NCBI GenBank assembly: GCA_002773475.1
Contig: PFBB01000014.1
Location: 25,129-60,199, forward strand
Source of the DNA: Candidatus Harrisonbacteria bacterium CG10_big_fil_rev_8_21_14_0_10_44_23
Lineage (GTDB): Bacteria > Patescibacteriota > Minisyncoccia > UBA6257 > 1-14-0-10-44-23
DNA length: 35,071 nt
Direction: 5' to 3'
The position numbers and the translations under genes were made by a program. Positions 17,625 through 25,232 of this stretch are shown in pieces. How positions within the stretch are numbered: the first letter of the stretch is position 1; every line of letters begins with the position of its first letter. The notes below the pieces were generated by a model. The model was given only the letters and a program-made list of their open reading frames with translations. It did not search any database and was not told the origin of the DNA.

Positions 17625-18344
17625 ATGAATAAACTGCTCATCGCAAACTGGAAAATGAACCCCGATTCAGAAGAGGCGGCTGTTGGGCTAGCCCACGCCA
17701 CCGATTTAGAAGGAGTAATCATTTGCCCTCCATTTATCTATCTTGAGTCTATCCGAGGGGCCCTTAAAAATGCCCAGCTAGGGGCGCAGGATATTTTCCT
17801 TAGCGATGGCAAGCCCCACACGGGAGAGGTATCAGCGGCGCAGTTGAAAGAAGCCGGAGTTGAGTACGTTATTGTCGGACACAGTGAGAGAAGGGCGCTA
17901 GGAGAAACCAACGAACTGATTTCCTTAAAACTCAAAGCCGCTCTATCAGCAGGAATCCGGCCAATATTGTGTGTTGGGGAGGGGGACAGAGAAGACCCCA
18001 CATCAGAAGAGTTTATTACCGAAGAGATAAACAATGCCCTTAGCGGATTAGATAAAAAAGAAGAAATCATTGTCGCTTACGAGCCGATCTGGGCCATTAG
18101 CAGCAACGAAGGAGCTAATGCCGCCGACCCCGACTATGTAAAGAAAATGATTAAAAAGATTATTCGCCTCAGCCGAAAGCATATCCACCATCCAACCGTC
18201 ATCTATGGCGGATCGACAAATTCTGCTAATATTCAAAGCTATCTAGGCTTAGATGGCGTCGAAGGTGTATTGGTTGGCTCCGTCAGCCTCCAATCCGCAG
18301 AGTTTGCAAAAATGGCCGAAATTATTAAAAAAAATAACAAATAA
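17625..18344 (+). CDS. tpiA: Triosephosphate isomerase
   Basis: ANWKMN, VGHSERR, AYEPIWAI and YGGS are the conserved TIM catalytic and phosphate-binding blocks. Confidence 0.9.
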   Translation: MNKLLIANWKMNPDSEEAAVGLAHATDLEGVIICPPFIYLESIRGALKNAQLGAQDIFLSDGKPHTGEVSAAQLKEAGVEYVIVGHSERRALGETNELISLKLKAALSAGIRPILCVGEGDREDPTSEEFITEEINNALSGLDKKEEIIVAYEPIWAISSNEGANAADPDYVKKMIKKIIRLSRKHIHHPTVIYGGSTNSANIQSYLGLDGVEGVLVGSVSLQSAEFAKMAEIIKKNNK

Positions 18345-18345
18345 T

Positions 18346-19113
18346 ATGAAATTTAATTCGAAAGAATGGTTCTGGCATTTCCTAAATGCCACCTTAGTTG
18401 TTGCGGTCATCCTCGGAATCACCATTAGCTTGGCAGTGGTTCGAGCCTCCAATGCTACTCAACCTACTCGCACGATAACTGTTTCGGGTGAGGGGTCTGT
18501 AAAAGTTGAGCCCGATATCGCGGAATTACGATTTAGCGTCGTGTCTGAAGCAAAGGTTGCCAAGGACGCAGAAGACGAAACAAGCGAAAAGATATCCAAG
18601 GCTGTCAGCTTCCTTAAAGACAGCGGAGTAAAAGACAAAGACATTAAAACCAGCAATGTAAATCTTTACCCTCGCTATTCCTACCGTCCCCTTAACGGCA
18701 TAGACGACCAGCAACAAATTACTGGCTATGAAGCACGTATTTCGGTGACCGCGCAACTTCGTGACCTAGAAACCGCTAGCGATATAGTTAGCGGGCTAAC
18801 AGAGTACGGGGTAAACCAAATTGATTCATTCAACTTCCAAGTTGAGGACCCAGATCAGTTTACTCAGTCTGCCCGAGAAGAGGCCTTTGATAATGCGTGG
18901 AACAAAGCCAAAAACATGGCAGATGCCGCCGGAGTAAATATCGCTCGCGTGGTAACCTTCTACGAATCAAACGGAAGTATGCCTAGAGTGATGTATGCCG
19001 AAGCCGCTTATGGAATGGGTGGAGACGCAATGGTAAAAAGTCCTTCTGCTCAGCTAGAGCCGGGGCAGGAAGAAATAAATGTCACCGTTCAGGTAACCTA
19101 CGAGATCCGATAG
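18346..19113 (+). CDS. SIMPL / DUF541-family periplasmic protein with an N-terminal anchor
   Basis: I take the start at ATG 18346 (MKFNSKEWFW..., TM helix), 1 nt after the tpiA stop. The listed upstream extension from 18253 overlaps tpiA. ITVSGEGSVKVEPDIA...F and the C-terminal LEPGQEEINVTVQVTYEI match the SIMPL pattern. Confidence 0.7.
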   Translation: MKFNSKEWFWHFLNATLVVAVILGITISLAVVRASNATQPTRTITVSGEGSVKVEPDIAELRFSVVSEAKVAKDAEDETSEKISKAVSFLKDSGVKDKDIKTSNVNLYPRYSYRPLNGIDDQQQITGYEARISVTAQLRDLETASDIVSGLTEYGVNQIDSFNFQVEDPDQFTQSAREEAFDNAWNKAKNMADAAGVNIARVVTFYESNGSMPRVMYAEAAYGMGGDAMVKSPSAQLEPGQEEINVTVQVTYEIR

Positions 19114-19116
19114 TGC

Positions 19117-19144
19117 AAAAAAGAGCCCTTCGGGGCTCTTTTTG
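19117..19144 (+). terminator. Intrinsic terminator
   Basis: AAAAAGAGCCC-TTCG-GGGCTCTTTTT: a GC stem with a TTCG tetraloop and a T-run. Confidence 0.8.
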
Positions 19145-19159
19145 ATATACTAAATAGCA

Positions 19160-19432
19160 ATGAGGAGAAACTTAATCGCCACCACCATAATCTTAGCTCT
19201 TATAGCCGTTTTAGCTATTCAGCTTAACAACATCAATCGAGAAAGGTTGGCTCTTAAGTCTGCCCTCAAAGAAGACCAAAAAATTGTTTCAGAACTCGAC
19301 CTAGAAAACGCTGACCTAACGGCGGAAATTCAGTATTTTGGTATCCCGGATAATCTAGCTAAAGAATTTAAGTCCCGCTTTAACTATCGTCGCCCCGGAG
19401 AAAAAATGTTTATTCTCGTACCCGAAGAATGA
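19160..19432 (+). CDS. FtsB/DivIC-like septum-formation initiator
   Basis: The 90-aa product has an N-terminal TM followed by a leucine-zipper-like coiled coil (LALKSALKEDQKIVSELDLENADLTAEI). Confidence 0.55.
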   Translation: MRRNLIATTIILALIAVLAIQLNNINRERLALKSALKEDQKIVSELDLENADLTAEIQYFGIPDNLAKEFKSRFNYRRPGEKMFILVPEE

Positions 19433-20010
19433 AGTATCAAAAACTTTTTATTATAGCAGTCGTTTTCATCCTAATAATTTTTGGGGCCTATTATTTTCTG
19501 TCCCAAAAAAATTACCCCATCGCTAATGTGGGTCAGGGTTTGATTGCGGCTAAAGATTTCGACATCAGCTTCAACGCCGCCCTAAGCTTCTATAGGCAAC
19601 AAGCCAGCCAGCAGGGAGCAGACGATCCCGCAACCGATAAAGAATTTCTTAAAGAGCTTAAACGAGCCACACTCGAAAAACTTGTCGACGTCGAAATTGT
19701 TCACGGCTCTCTCTACGAGAAGATGGAGACAAAAGAGATCAAACAGTCTATCAACAGTCAACTAGAAGCCATCGAGCAAAACAACACAGAAGAAAATGTT
19801 ACGGCGATAGAAAATCTTTTCAATGTATCTTGGCAAGAGTTTGAGCGCCTAATATTAATTCCCGAGGCCGAAACAGCCCTGCTCATCCAAGACCTCAACA
19901 GCAAATCAATTGATTTTAACACTTGGCTAGAAGCTCGGAAAAAAGACCTAGAGATCGAAATATTCTACCCTGGTTATTTTTGGGACGGCGAAAGCGTAAA
20001 GGCAAACTAA
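19429..20010 (+). CDS. Hypothetical membrane-anchored protein, SurA-N-terminal/chaperone-like
   Basis: It has an N-terminal TM helix and a helical body. The start overlaps the upstream stop (ATGA). The family resemblance is weak. Confidence 0.4.
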   Translation: MKYQKLFIIAVVFILIIFGAYYFLSQKNYPIANVGQGLIAAKDFDISFNAALSFYRQQASQQGADDPATDKEFLKELKRATLEKLVDVEIVHGSLYEKMETKEIKQSINSQLEAIEQNNTEENVTAIENLFNVSWQEFERLILIPEAETALLIQDLNSKSIDFNTWLEARKKDLEIEIFYPGYFWDGESVKAN

Positions 20011-20015
20011 GCTTG

Positions 20016-20086
20016 AGCGGGCGAGGAGAATCGAACTCCCGACTTAACCTTGGGAAGGTCACGTATTACCACTATACTACGCCCGC
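20016..20086 (-). tRNA. tRNA-Gly (anticodon CCC), CCA not encoded
   Basis: The reverse complement is GCGGGCGTAGTATAGTGGTAATACGTGACCTTCCCAAGGTTAAGTCGGGAGTTCGATTCTCCTCGCCCGCT. The acceptor pairs GCGGGCG/CGCCCGC and the D stem is GTAT/ATAC. The anticodon stem is TGACC/GGTTA with loop TTCCCAA, and the T loop is TTCGATT. Confidence 0.9.
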
Positions 20087-20111
20087 AACAAGCTAATATT
20101 AGTAGAAACCG

Positions 20112-20153
20112 GCAAAAATAAAAAGCGCCGCCAGCCCACAGGGGGCTGGCGGC
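20112..20153 (-). terminator. Intrinsic terminator of the DUF2203-like gene
   Basis: GCCGCCAGCCC-(5 nt)-GGGCTGGCGGC forms a perfect 11-bp GC stem. On the minus strand it is followed by GCTTTTTATTTTTG. Confidence 0.8.
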
Positions 20154-20161
20154 TCACTTCG

Positions 20162-20569
20162 TCAGATGCGGCCTAAGATGTCCTGGATGTCGTGCCACTC
20201 CGTCTCATTGACTCGCCGCCATCGATGCACGTGCTCCTCCGTTGGTTCCCAGAGGAATTCAGCTAGATTTCCGCCAAAAACCGCTGGAAAGCTCACCTCT
20301 CCCGTATCCATATCAATCAGCTCTAAGCCGATTTTTTGAAGCTCGGCCATGCAGTGCTCGATTTCCTCCGACACCAAGCCAATCTGCCTCCGCAGATCTC
20401 TCAGCTCTTGAGAATCTACGTTCACTAGCCTATGCTGTTTTTTGCTAAGGCTCCTAAGCACGCTGAACTTTGCTCGGATATCGCTGGCAATCAATCGAAC
20501 TAGAGGAAGCATTTTTTCCGCTTCACTCGGTTCGCTACAAATGTGTCCAGGCTCTCCCAATCCGCTCAT
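20162..20569 (-). CDS. DUF2203-like hypothetical protein (135 aa), G+C-enriched relative to its neighbours
   Basis: I take the start at ATG 20569 (MSGLGEPG...), preceded by AGGAGG 7 nt upstream. The listed start at 20623 has no such signal. An N-terminal helical part (EAEKMLPLVRLIASDI...) is followed by GLELIDMDTGEVSFPAVFGGNLAEFLWEPTEEHVHRWRR. This resembles my memory of the DUF2203 consensus (..LLP.v..i..., G..vkD...GLvDFp....g.evyLCW.lGE..i.yWH). Confidence 0.6.
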   Translation of the reverse strand: MSGLGEPGHICSEPSEAEKMLPLVRLIASDIRAKFSVLRSLSKKQHRLVNVDSQELRDLRRQIGLVSEEIEHCMAELQKIGLELIDMDTGEVSFPAVFGGNLAEFLWEPTEEHVHRWRRVNETEWHDIQDILGRI

Positions 20570-20676
20570 TCTCTTGCCTCCTTTCCTATTAACGCCCGAT
20601 TTGGATATCGTACCATCCATCAATTTATTTGCAAACCTTGTCCATACCCAAGCTTTCAGGCATTATTACATTCGAG

Positions 20677-20752
20677 GCCGATGTAGCTCAGCTGGTAGAG
20701 CAATCCCTTCGTAAGGGATGGGTCGCCGGTTCGAATCCGGCCATCGGCTCCA
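20677..20752 (+). tRNA. tRNA-Thr (anticodon CGU), CCA encoded
   Basis: The sequence is GCCGATGTAGCTCAGCTGGTAGAGCAATCCCTTCGTAAGGGATGGGTCGCCGGTTCGAATCCGGCCATCGGCTCCA. The acceptor pairs GCCGATG/CATCGGC. The anticodon stem is ATCCC/GGGAT with loop TTCGTAA, and the T arm is GCCGG-TTCGAAT-CCGGC. Confidence 0.92.
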
Positions 20753-20758
20753 ATAAAT

Positions 20759-21499
20759 ATGTTCCAATCACTAACAGGAAAATACGATAAATCCAACGCC
20801 CAAATCAGTTTCTATTCTGGAGCTGGCGGCGATGACGCGAAAGACTGGACCAACATGTTGGTCCGGATGTATTTGCGCTACGCTCAAAAACGAGGATTTA
20901 AGACGGCACAAGTTGATGACGACACGATCGAAATCAAAGGAGAATATGCCTACGGCACACTAAAAAAAGAATCCGGAGTGCATCGTCTAGTTCGCATCTC
21001 ACCATTCAATTCCAAAAAACTACGCCACACCTCTTTTGCTCTAGTTGATGTTTTACCAGTCCTTCCCCATATCGAGGTGCAAAATTTTCATATTCCCGAA
21101 GATGATCTCAAGGTAGAAGTCTCTCGCTCCTCAGGTCCCGGAGGCCAAAACGTCAATAAGCGCGATACTGCGGTCAGAGTAGTTCATATTCCTAGCAACA
21201 TCTCCGCCGCTAGCCAGTTAGAGCGCTCCCAACAACAAAACAAAGAGAAGGCCATTAGTCTATTAAAGTCCAAGCTCATCCACTTACTACAAAAACACCG
21301 CACCCAGGAATTAAAAGATCTCCGCTCTCACGCCAAGCCAGAGTGGGGGAGCCAGATTCGTTCTTATGTGCTCCACCCTTATAAAAAAGTTAAAGATCAT
21401 CGAACCGATGTCCAATCTAACCAACCAGACAAGGTTTTAGATGGGGGGCTAGATAAGTTTATCGAAGCAGAGATTGGGTTGGAGGAGGATGAATCCTAG
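20759..21499 (+). CDS. prfB: Peptide chain release factor 2 lacking the N-terminal domain 1 (246 aa)
   Basis: The SPF tripeptide (RISPFNS), GGQ (SGPGGQNVNK) and the C-terminal WGSQIRSYVLHPY block identify RF2. The ORF begins MFQSLTGKYDKSNAQISFYSGAGGDDAKDW. By my recollection this aligns with E. coli RF2 ...[29 protein letters not shown], around residue 110. The ATG lies 6 nt after tRNA-Thr, with no SD and no CUU-UGA frameshift site. Confidence 0.85.
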   Translation: MFQSLTGKYDKSNAQISFYSGAGGDDAKDWTNMLVRMYLRYAQKRGFKTAQVDDDTIEIKGEYAYGTLKKESGVHRLVRISPFNSKKLRHTSFALVDVLPVLPHIEVQNFHIPEDDLKVEVSRSSGPGGQNVNKRDTAVRVVHIPSNISAASQLERSQQQNKEKAISLLKSKLIHLLQKHRTQELKDLRSHAKPEWGSQIRSYVLHPYKKVKDHRTDVQSNQPDKVLDGGLDKFIEAEIGLEEDES

Positions 21500-21566
21500 T
21501 CATGTTATAATTGTTTTATCCCACCATCACTACAAACTACTCGCTACCAACTACAAGCTTTTTACA

Positions 21567-22259
21567 ATGATTAATTTCCAAAACGTCACCAAAATATACG
21601 ACAAGGTAAACAAAGAGGCTATTGGAATAGAAGACGTAACCTTCCAAATTGAAGCCGGTGAATTTGTCTCCCTAGTCGGCAAGTCGGGCGCCGGAAAATC
21701 AACTATCCTAAAATTGTTGATCGGCGAAGAAAAACCCACTCGGGGAAGAATCCTCGTTGGCGAATACGAAGTAAACAAACTAAAAAACAACGAGCTGCCC
21801 CATCTAAGGAGACAGATCGGAGTTGTATTTCAAGATTTCAAATTACTTCCCAGCAAGACGGCCTACGAAAATATCGCCTTCGCACTAGAAGCCGCCGGGC
21901 GGCCACAGTCCGAAATAGAAGAATTTGTGCCTCAAGTCTTAGACATGGTCGGCTTGAGCCATAAAAAATACAACTTCCCCCACGAACTATCTGGCGGAGA
22001 AAAGCAACGCGTAGCAATCGCTCGCGCCATGATCCACAACCCAGCAGTTATAGTTGCCGACGAGCCCACTGGAAACCTAGACGACATCAATACCGAAGAG
22101 ATTATTAAGCTCTTAATGCGTATTAACGAGCTCGGCACTACGGTAATTTTTGCCAGCCACAACAAAGATGTCATCAATAAAGTAAATAAGCGTGTTATTA
22201 GTTTAGTTGATGGCCGATTGGTCCGCGACGAGGCTCAAGGTAAATACATTATAATGTAG
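21567..22259 (+). CDS. ftsE: Cell-division ABC ATPase FtsE
   Basis: I take the start at [11 protein letters not shown] (21567); the listed start at 21474 overlaps prfB. Walker A (GKSGAGKST), the signature LSGGEKQR and Walker B ([12 protein letters not shown]) are present, and ftsX follows. Confidence 0.88.
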   Translation: MINFQNVTKIYDKVNKEAIGIEDVTFQIEAGEFVSLVGKSGAGKSTILKLLIGEEKPTRGRILVGEYEVNKLKNNELPHLRRQIGVVFQDFKLLPSKTAYENIAFALEAAGRPQSEIEEFVPQVLDMVGLSHKKYNFPHELSGGEKQRVAIARAMIHNPAVIVADEPTGNLDDINTEEIIKLLMRINELGTTVIFASHNKDVINKVNKRVISLVDGRLVRDEAQGKYIIM

Positions 22260-22373
22260 ACAGTATCTTATATTAAGTATTAAGTAGCAGGCGGAAAACC
22301 AAAAAACAAAATTATTCCAGACAACATTAACTGCGACAACGTTTAATCAATCCCTAATTCATAATTCATTACC

Positions 22374-23276
22374 ATGCTTACAATTGGAAGAATCGTAAAA
22401 TACGGCGCTCAATATTTCTGGCGCCACGCCTGGCTCTCGACCGCCACCATCGTGATCATGGTTTTAGCTCTTTTAATGTACCAAAGCTTAATGATTTTTG
22501 GCTTTGTTACCGACTACGCCGTCACAACCATTGAAGATAAGATAGATATTTCCGTATATTTCAAAGTTAATGCGGAGGAGGAAGATATATTAAAAATAGA
22601 AACCGCCCTTAAAACTCTCCCAGAAATCAGAGGGACCGAATACATTTCTCGCGAGGCCGCCTTAGCCGAGGTTCAGGCTAGCCACACAGACGATGCCGTA
22701 TCTCAAGCATTGGAGTTGATCCAAGGCAACCCCTTCAGGGCTCTGATAAACATTCAAGCCGAAGACCCCAATCAATATCCCGATATCGCCGCTTATCTGT
22801 CCAACCAAGAGTTCGAGCCAATTATCGATGAAGTAGATTTCACCCGTAATAGGGAGGCTATTGAAAAGCTTAATCGCCTCATCGAAACCGCTAATGGGTT
22901 TGGTTTAGGTATTGCTATTTTCATCACCCTAGCCGCCGCTCTAGTTATTTATAACACCATTCGTCTAGCTATCTACTCATCTAGAGAGGAGATTATGGTT
23001 ATGCGATTAGTTGGCGCTTCAAACTCCTTCATTAAAGGCCCCTACCTAGTTAACGGCATCTTCTACGGACTGACCGGCACTATTGTTACTCTGCTTATTA
23101 CTGCGCCAATAATTAACTTTATGTCGCCCCACCTAGACAAATTCCTTCCCGGGCTAGCTCTCGAAAGTTACTTCTATTCAAATTTCTTCAGTCTCTTCTT
23201 CGCCTTAGTCTTGTTTGGGGTAGGCCTCGGTCTAGTTTCTAGCTGGACATCAATGCAGCGCTATCTCAGAGTGTAG
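22374..23276 (+). CDS. ftsX: Cell-division permease-like protein FtsX
   Basis: One TM is followed by an extracytoplasmic domain, then three C-terminal TMs with the LVGASNSFIKGPY motif typical of FtsX. Confidence 0.85.
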   Translation: MLTIGRIVKYGAQYFWRHAWLSTATIVIMVLALLMYQSLMIFGFVTDYAVTTIEDKIDISVYFKVNAEEEDILKIETALKTLPEIRGTEYISREAALAEVQASHTDDAVSQALELIQGNPFRALINIQAEDPNQYPDIAAYLSNQEFEPIIDEVDFTRNREAIEKLNRLIETANGFGLGIAIFITLAAALVIYNTIRLAIYSSREEIMVMRLVGASNSFIKGPYLVNGIFYGLTGTIVTLLITAPIINFMSPHLDKFLPGLALESYFYSNFFSLFFALVLFGVGLGLVSSWTSMQRYLRV

Positions 23277-23291
23277 TAATCGCAAAAATGC
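23275..23291. repeat. Left arm of an imperfect inverted repeat bracketing the GxxExxY pseudogene
   Basis: AGTAATCGC-AAAAATGC here matches the reverse complement of 23730-23747 (AGTAATCGCGAAAAATGC), 17 of 18 positions with a 1-nt indel. Looser GCGAAA(A)T-rich similarity continues ~25 nt inward on both arms. Confidence 0.65.
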
Positions 23292-23317
23292 GAAAATAAA
23301 GGAAAAAAACGCGAAAT

Positions 23318-23709
23318 TTAAACAGCGGAATTTAGCACGCGTCTATATTTTGCACCCTCTCTGGTGAAATAAACAAGCAAACCAAGCTTTAATCTGGACG
23401 ACCTAAGGTAGGCCAATACCTGCTTCGCATTAGAATATCCAAGTTTGTGGACAACTTTCAACTCTATAAGAATTTTATTCTCAACAACGAAATCAGCAAA
23501 ATATTTGGTTATTACTTCACCTTTATATTTTAAAGGGATATAAACCTGTTCTTTAAAGTCAATCTTTCTTTTGACAAACTCACTTGCTAGAGCACGCTGA
23601 TAGTCGCGCTCAGCTAGGCCCCAGCCCAGCTCCTATAAACTTCAAAAACAGCCCCGACGACAACAAAGCTTAGTTCCTTATAAACTATTTTATTATCCGC
23701 AACGGGCAT
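23318..23709 (-). pseudogene. Frameshifted GxxExxY-family (PD-(D/E)xK-like) gene
   Basis: My translation of the minus strand gives MPVADNKIVYKELSFVVVGAVFEVY, then a 1-nt deficit at ~23633-23634. In the next frame it continues ELGWGLAERDYQRALASEFVKRKIDFKEQVYIPLKYKGEVITKYFADFVVENKILIELKVVHKLGYSNAKQVLAYLRSSRLKLGLLVYFTREGAKYRRVLNSAV*. It contains the GLAERDY (GxxExxY) motif and a D..E.K nuclease-like motif. The span is 392 nt (3n-1), and the original frame stops at 23614-23616. Confidence 0.75.
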
Positions 23710-23729
23710 TTCGCATTTTTAAAAATTTA

Positions 23730-23747
23730 GCATTTTTCGCGATTACT
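23730..23747. repeat. Right arm of the inverted repeat bracketing the GxxExxY pseudogene
   Basis: GCATTTTTCGCGATTACT is the reverse complement of AGTAATCGCGAAAAATGC; see the left arm at 23275-23291. The two arms abut the ftsX stop and the stop of the convergent surface-protein gene. Confidence 0.65.
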
Positions 23748-23748
23748 C

Positions 23749-25209
23749 CTATTGGTTGGTAAATTTAGCTAATTGGATTTGGTCTTTTTTGTAGCGCCAG
23801 ACTGAGAGTCCAATGGTCGTTCCAATAATTAGCAAAACAGCCAAACCGATCCAGATAATCGGGCTAACCCCTTTTCTAATCAGAAAATCAGTAGGAGCTG
23901 CTACTTTTTTAAATGTTTGGTCATCGTTTGCGTAGATCACTATGTTGTGTTTTCCTGCAGTTAACTGCGCTATATCTGCCTCTGTTGCGTCAGCGTCAAC
24001 ATACAACTGACGTTCTAAGTTGTGCTCCTCATCAAAAATATCAATTCGATAACCATCTCTCGGTGGTCCATCTTCCGGTTCAGTCCAAGAGAATTTAACG
24101 TCTCCACCGGCGCTACTACCCTCGATACCCGGAGGAAGCTGCTGTTCGGCAGTGTTGATTTGATCAAAGCCAGCAATCGCGCCCTCTTCATTTTCTCCTG
24201 CCGCCTGCCCAAGCTCATCCGTTACTTCATCTGGCACGACAACAAATTCACTGCCTTCTTCGGGAGCGACATCTTCTGGCGGGGTGTCCTCCCCATTTAT
24301 TGGATCCTCAACAATCGCATTAGCCGAAGTTTTCTCCGTCTTAAAACCGATAGTATAGGTTGTTAGAAGCTCTTCGTTCTGGTCTAGCTGTCTAGAAAAA
24401 ACATCAGCAAAATAAAGCTGGTCCGGACCCAGGCCACCAATAGTTAACCAGTGCTCAAGCTCTAGGGTCGGATCATATCCGCTCGCTACCACATACAAAG
24501 GGTTCAATTGCGTCCTGAGAGTCGCTCCGGAGTCTGCCGCCACATTAGTAGTCCAAGCCAGGGTGACAGAGTGGTGAGTCTTCGCTACTACCCTAGCATT
24601 GGTCACAACTGTTTGGATGGGAACACCTGGCTCTAGCTGCTCAACCACCACCGCCCCCTCTTCCACTGAAGCGCCTCCTCCTTCTGGCGGCAGATAGTGC
24701 AAAGCATATTTAAAAGAAAAATCCTGATCCTCACCATCAATTCTAGCCCGCCCCTGCAAGTATGGTGATATAGCGTCTTCGTTGTGAGTTAGAAACACTG
24801 TAGTCGGGCTATAATAAACCCCCATCCATGGCAAGGACGATATCCTTACCCAGTAGGTCGAATATCCAGACAATAATATATTGCTGTTTAAATCAACGTG
24901 AAACTTTTTTCCCCCCGGCTTTGACGGGGTGGAGGAGAGGGAAACAATTTTAGTTGATAAGACGGATCCAAACTCATCGTAAAGAGTTAGGGTTATGTCA
25001 TCAGTGCTTCCAGAGTTATCTAGCCAAAAATCGAAACCGGTCAACAGAATGTCTTTTCTAGTCTGAAAGACCTGCTCCACATATCCCGATGTATTAAAAT
25101 ATCTCTGAGAGTTCCAAGGATCGGGAGCATATTCATAATAAACCGTTGCCAAAGTTATCATCGGCAACAAGATAGAAAAAAACAATGTAAGGGACAAGAT
25201 TTTTTTCAT
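23749..25209 (-). CDS. Secreted, C-terminally membrane-anchored surface protein with FN3/Ig-like segments and an acidic linker
   Basis: I take the start at MKKILSLTLFFSILLPMITLA (signal-peptide-like, ATG 25209). The listed start at 25338 would overlap the divergent VIT gene. FN3-like strands are present (HSVTLAWTTN..., DVKFSWTEPEDGPP..GYRIDIF). An acidic Pro/Glu linker and a C-terminal TM (IIWIGLAVLLIIGTTIGLSVW) plus RYKK stop-transfer follow. Confidence 0.7.
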   Translation of the reverse strand: MKKILSLTLFFSILLPMITLATVYYEYAPDPWNSQRYFNTSGYVEQVFQTRKDILLTGFDFWLDNSGSTDDITLTLYDEFGSVLSTKIVSLSSTPSKPGGKKFHVDLNSNILLSGYSTYWVRISSLPWMGVYYSPTTVFLTHNEDAISPYLQGRARIDGEDQDFSFKYALHYLPPEGGGASVEEGAVVVEQLEPGVPIQTVVTNARVVAKTHHSVTLAWTTNVAADSGATLRTQLNPLYVVASGYDPTLELEHWLTIGGLGPDQLYFADVFSRQLDQNEELLTTYTIGFKTEKTSANAIVEDPINGEDTPPEDVAPEEGSEFVVVPDEVTDELGQAAGENEEGAIAGFDQINTAEQQLPPGIEGSSAGGDVKFSWTEPEDGPPRDGYRIDIFDEEHNLERQLYVDADATEADIAQLTAGKHNIVIYANDDQTFKKVAAPTDFLIRKGVSPIIWIGLAVLLIIGTTIGLSVWRYKKDQIQLAKFTNQ

Positions 25210-25218
25210 ATTTACTAC

Positions 25219-25224
25219 TATAAT
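25219..25224 (+). promoter_or_regulatory. Possible -10 box (TATAAT) for a leaderless VIT-family transcript
   Basis: A perfect TATAAT lies 8 nt upstream of the ATG at 25233, inside a 23-nt divergent gap with no SD. Any -35 element would fall within the neighbouring coding sequence. Confidence 0.3.
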
Positions 25225-25232
25225 TATATAGT

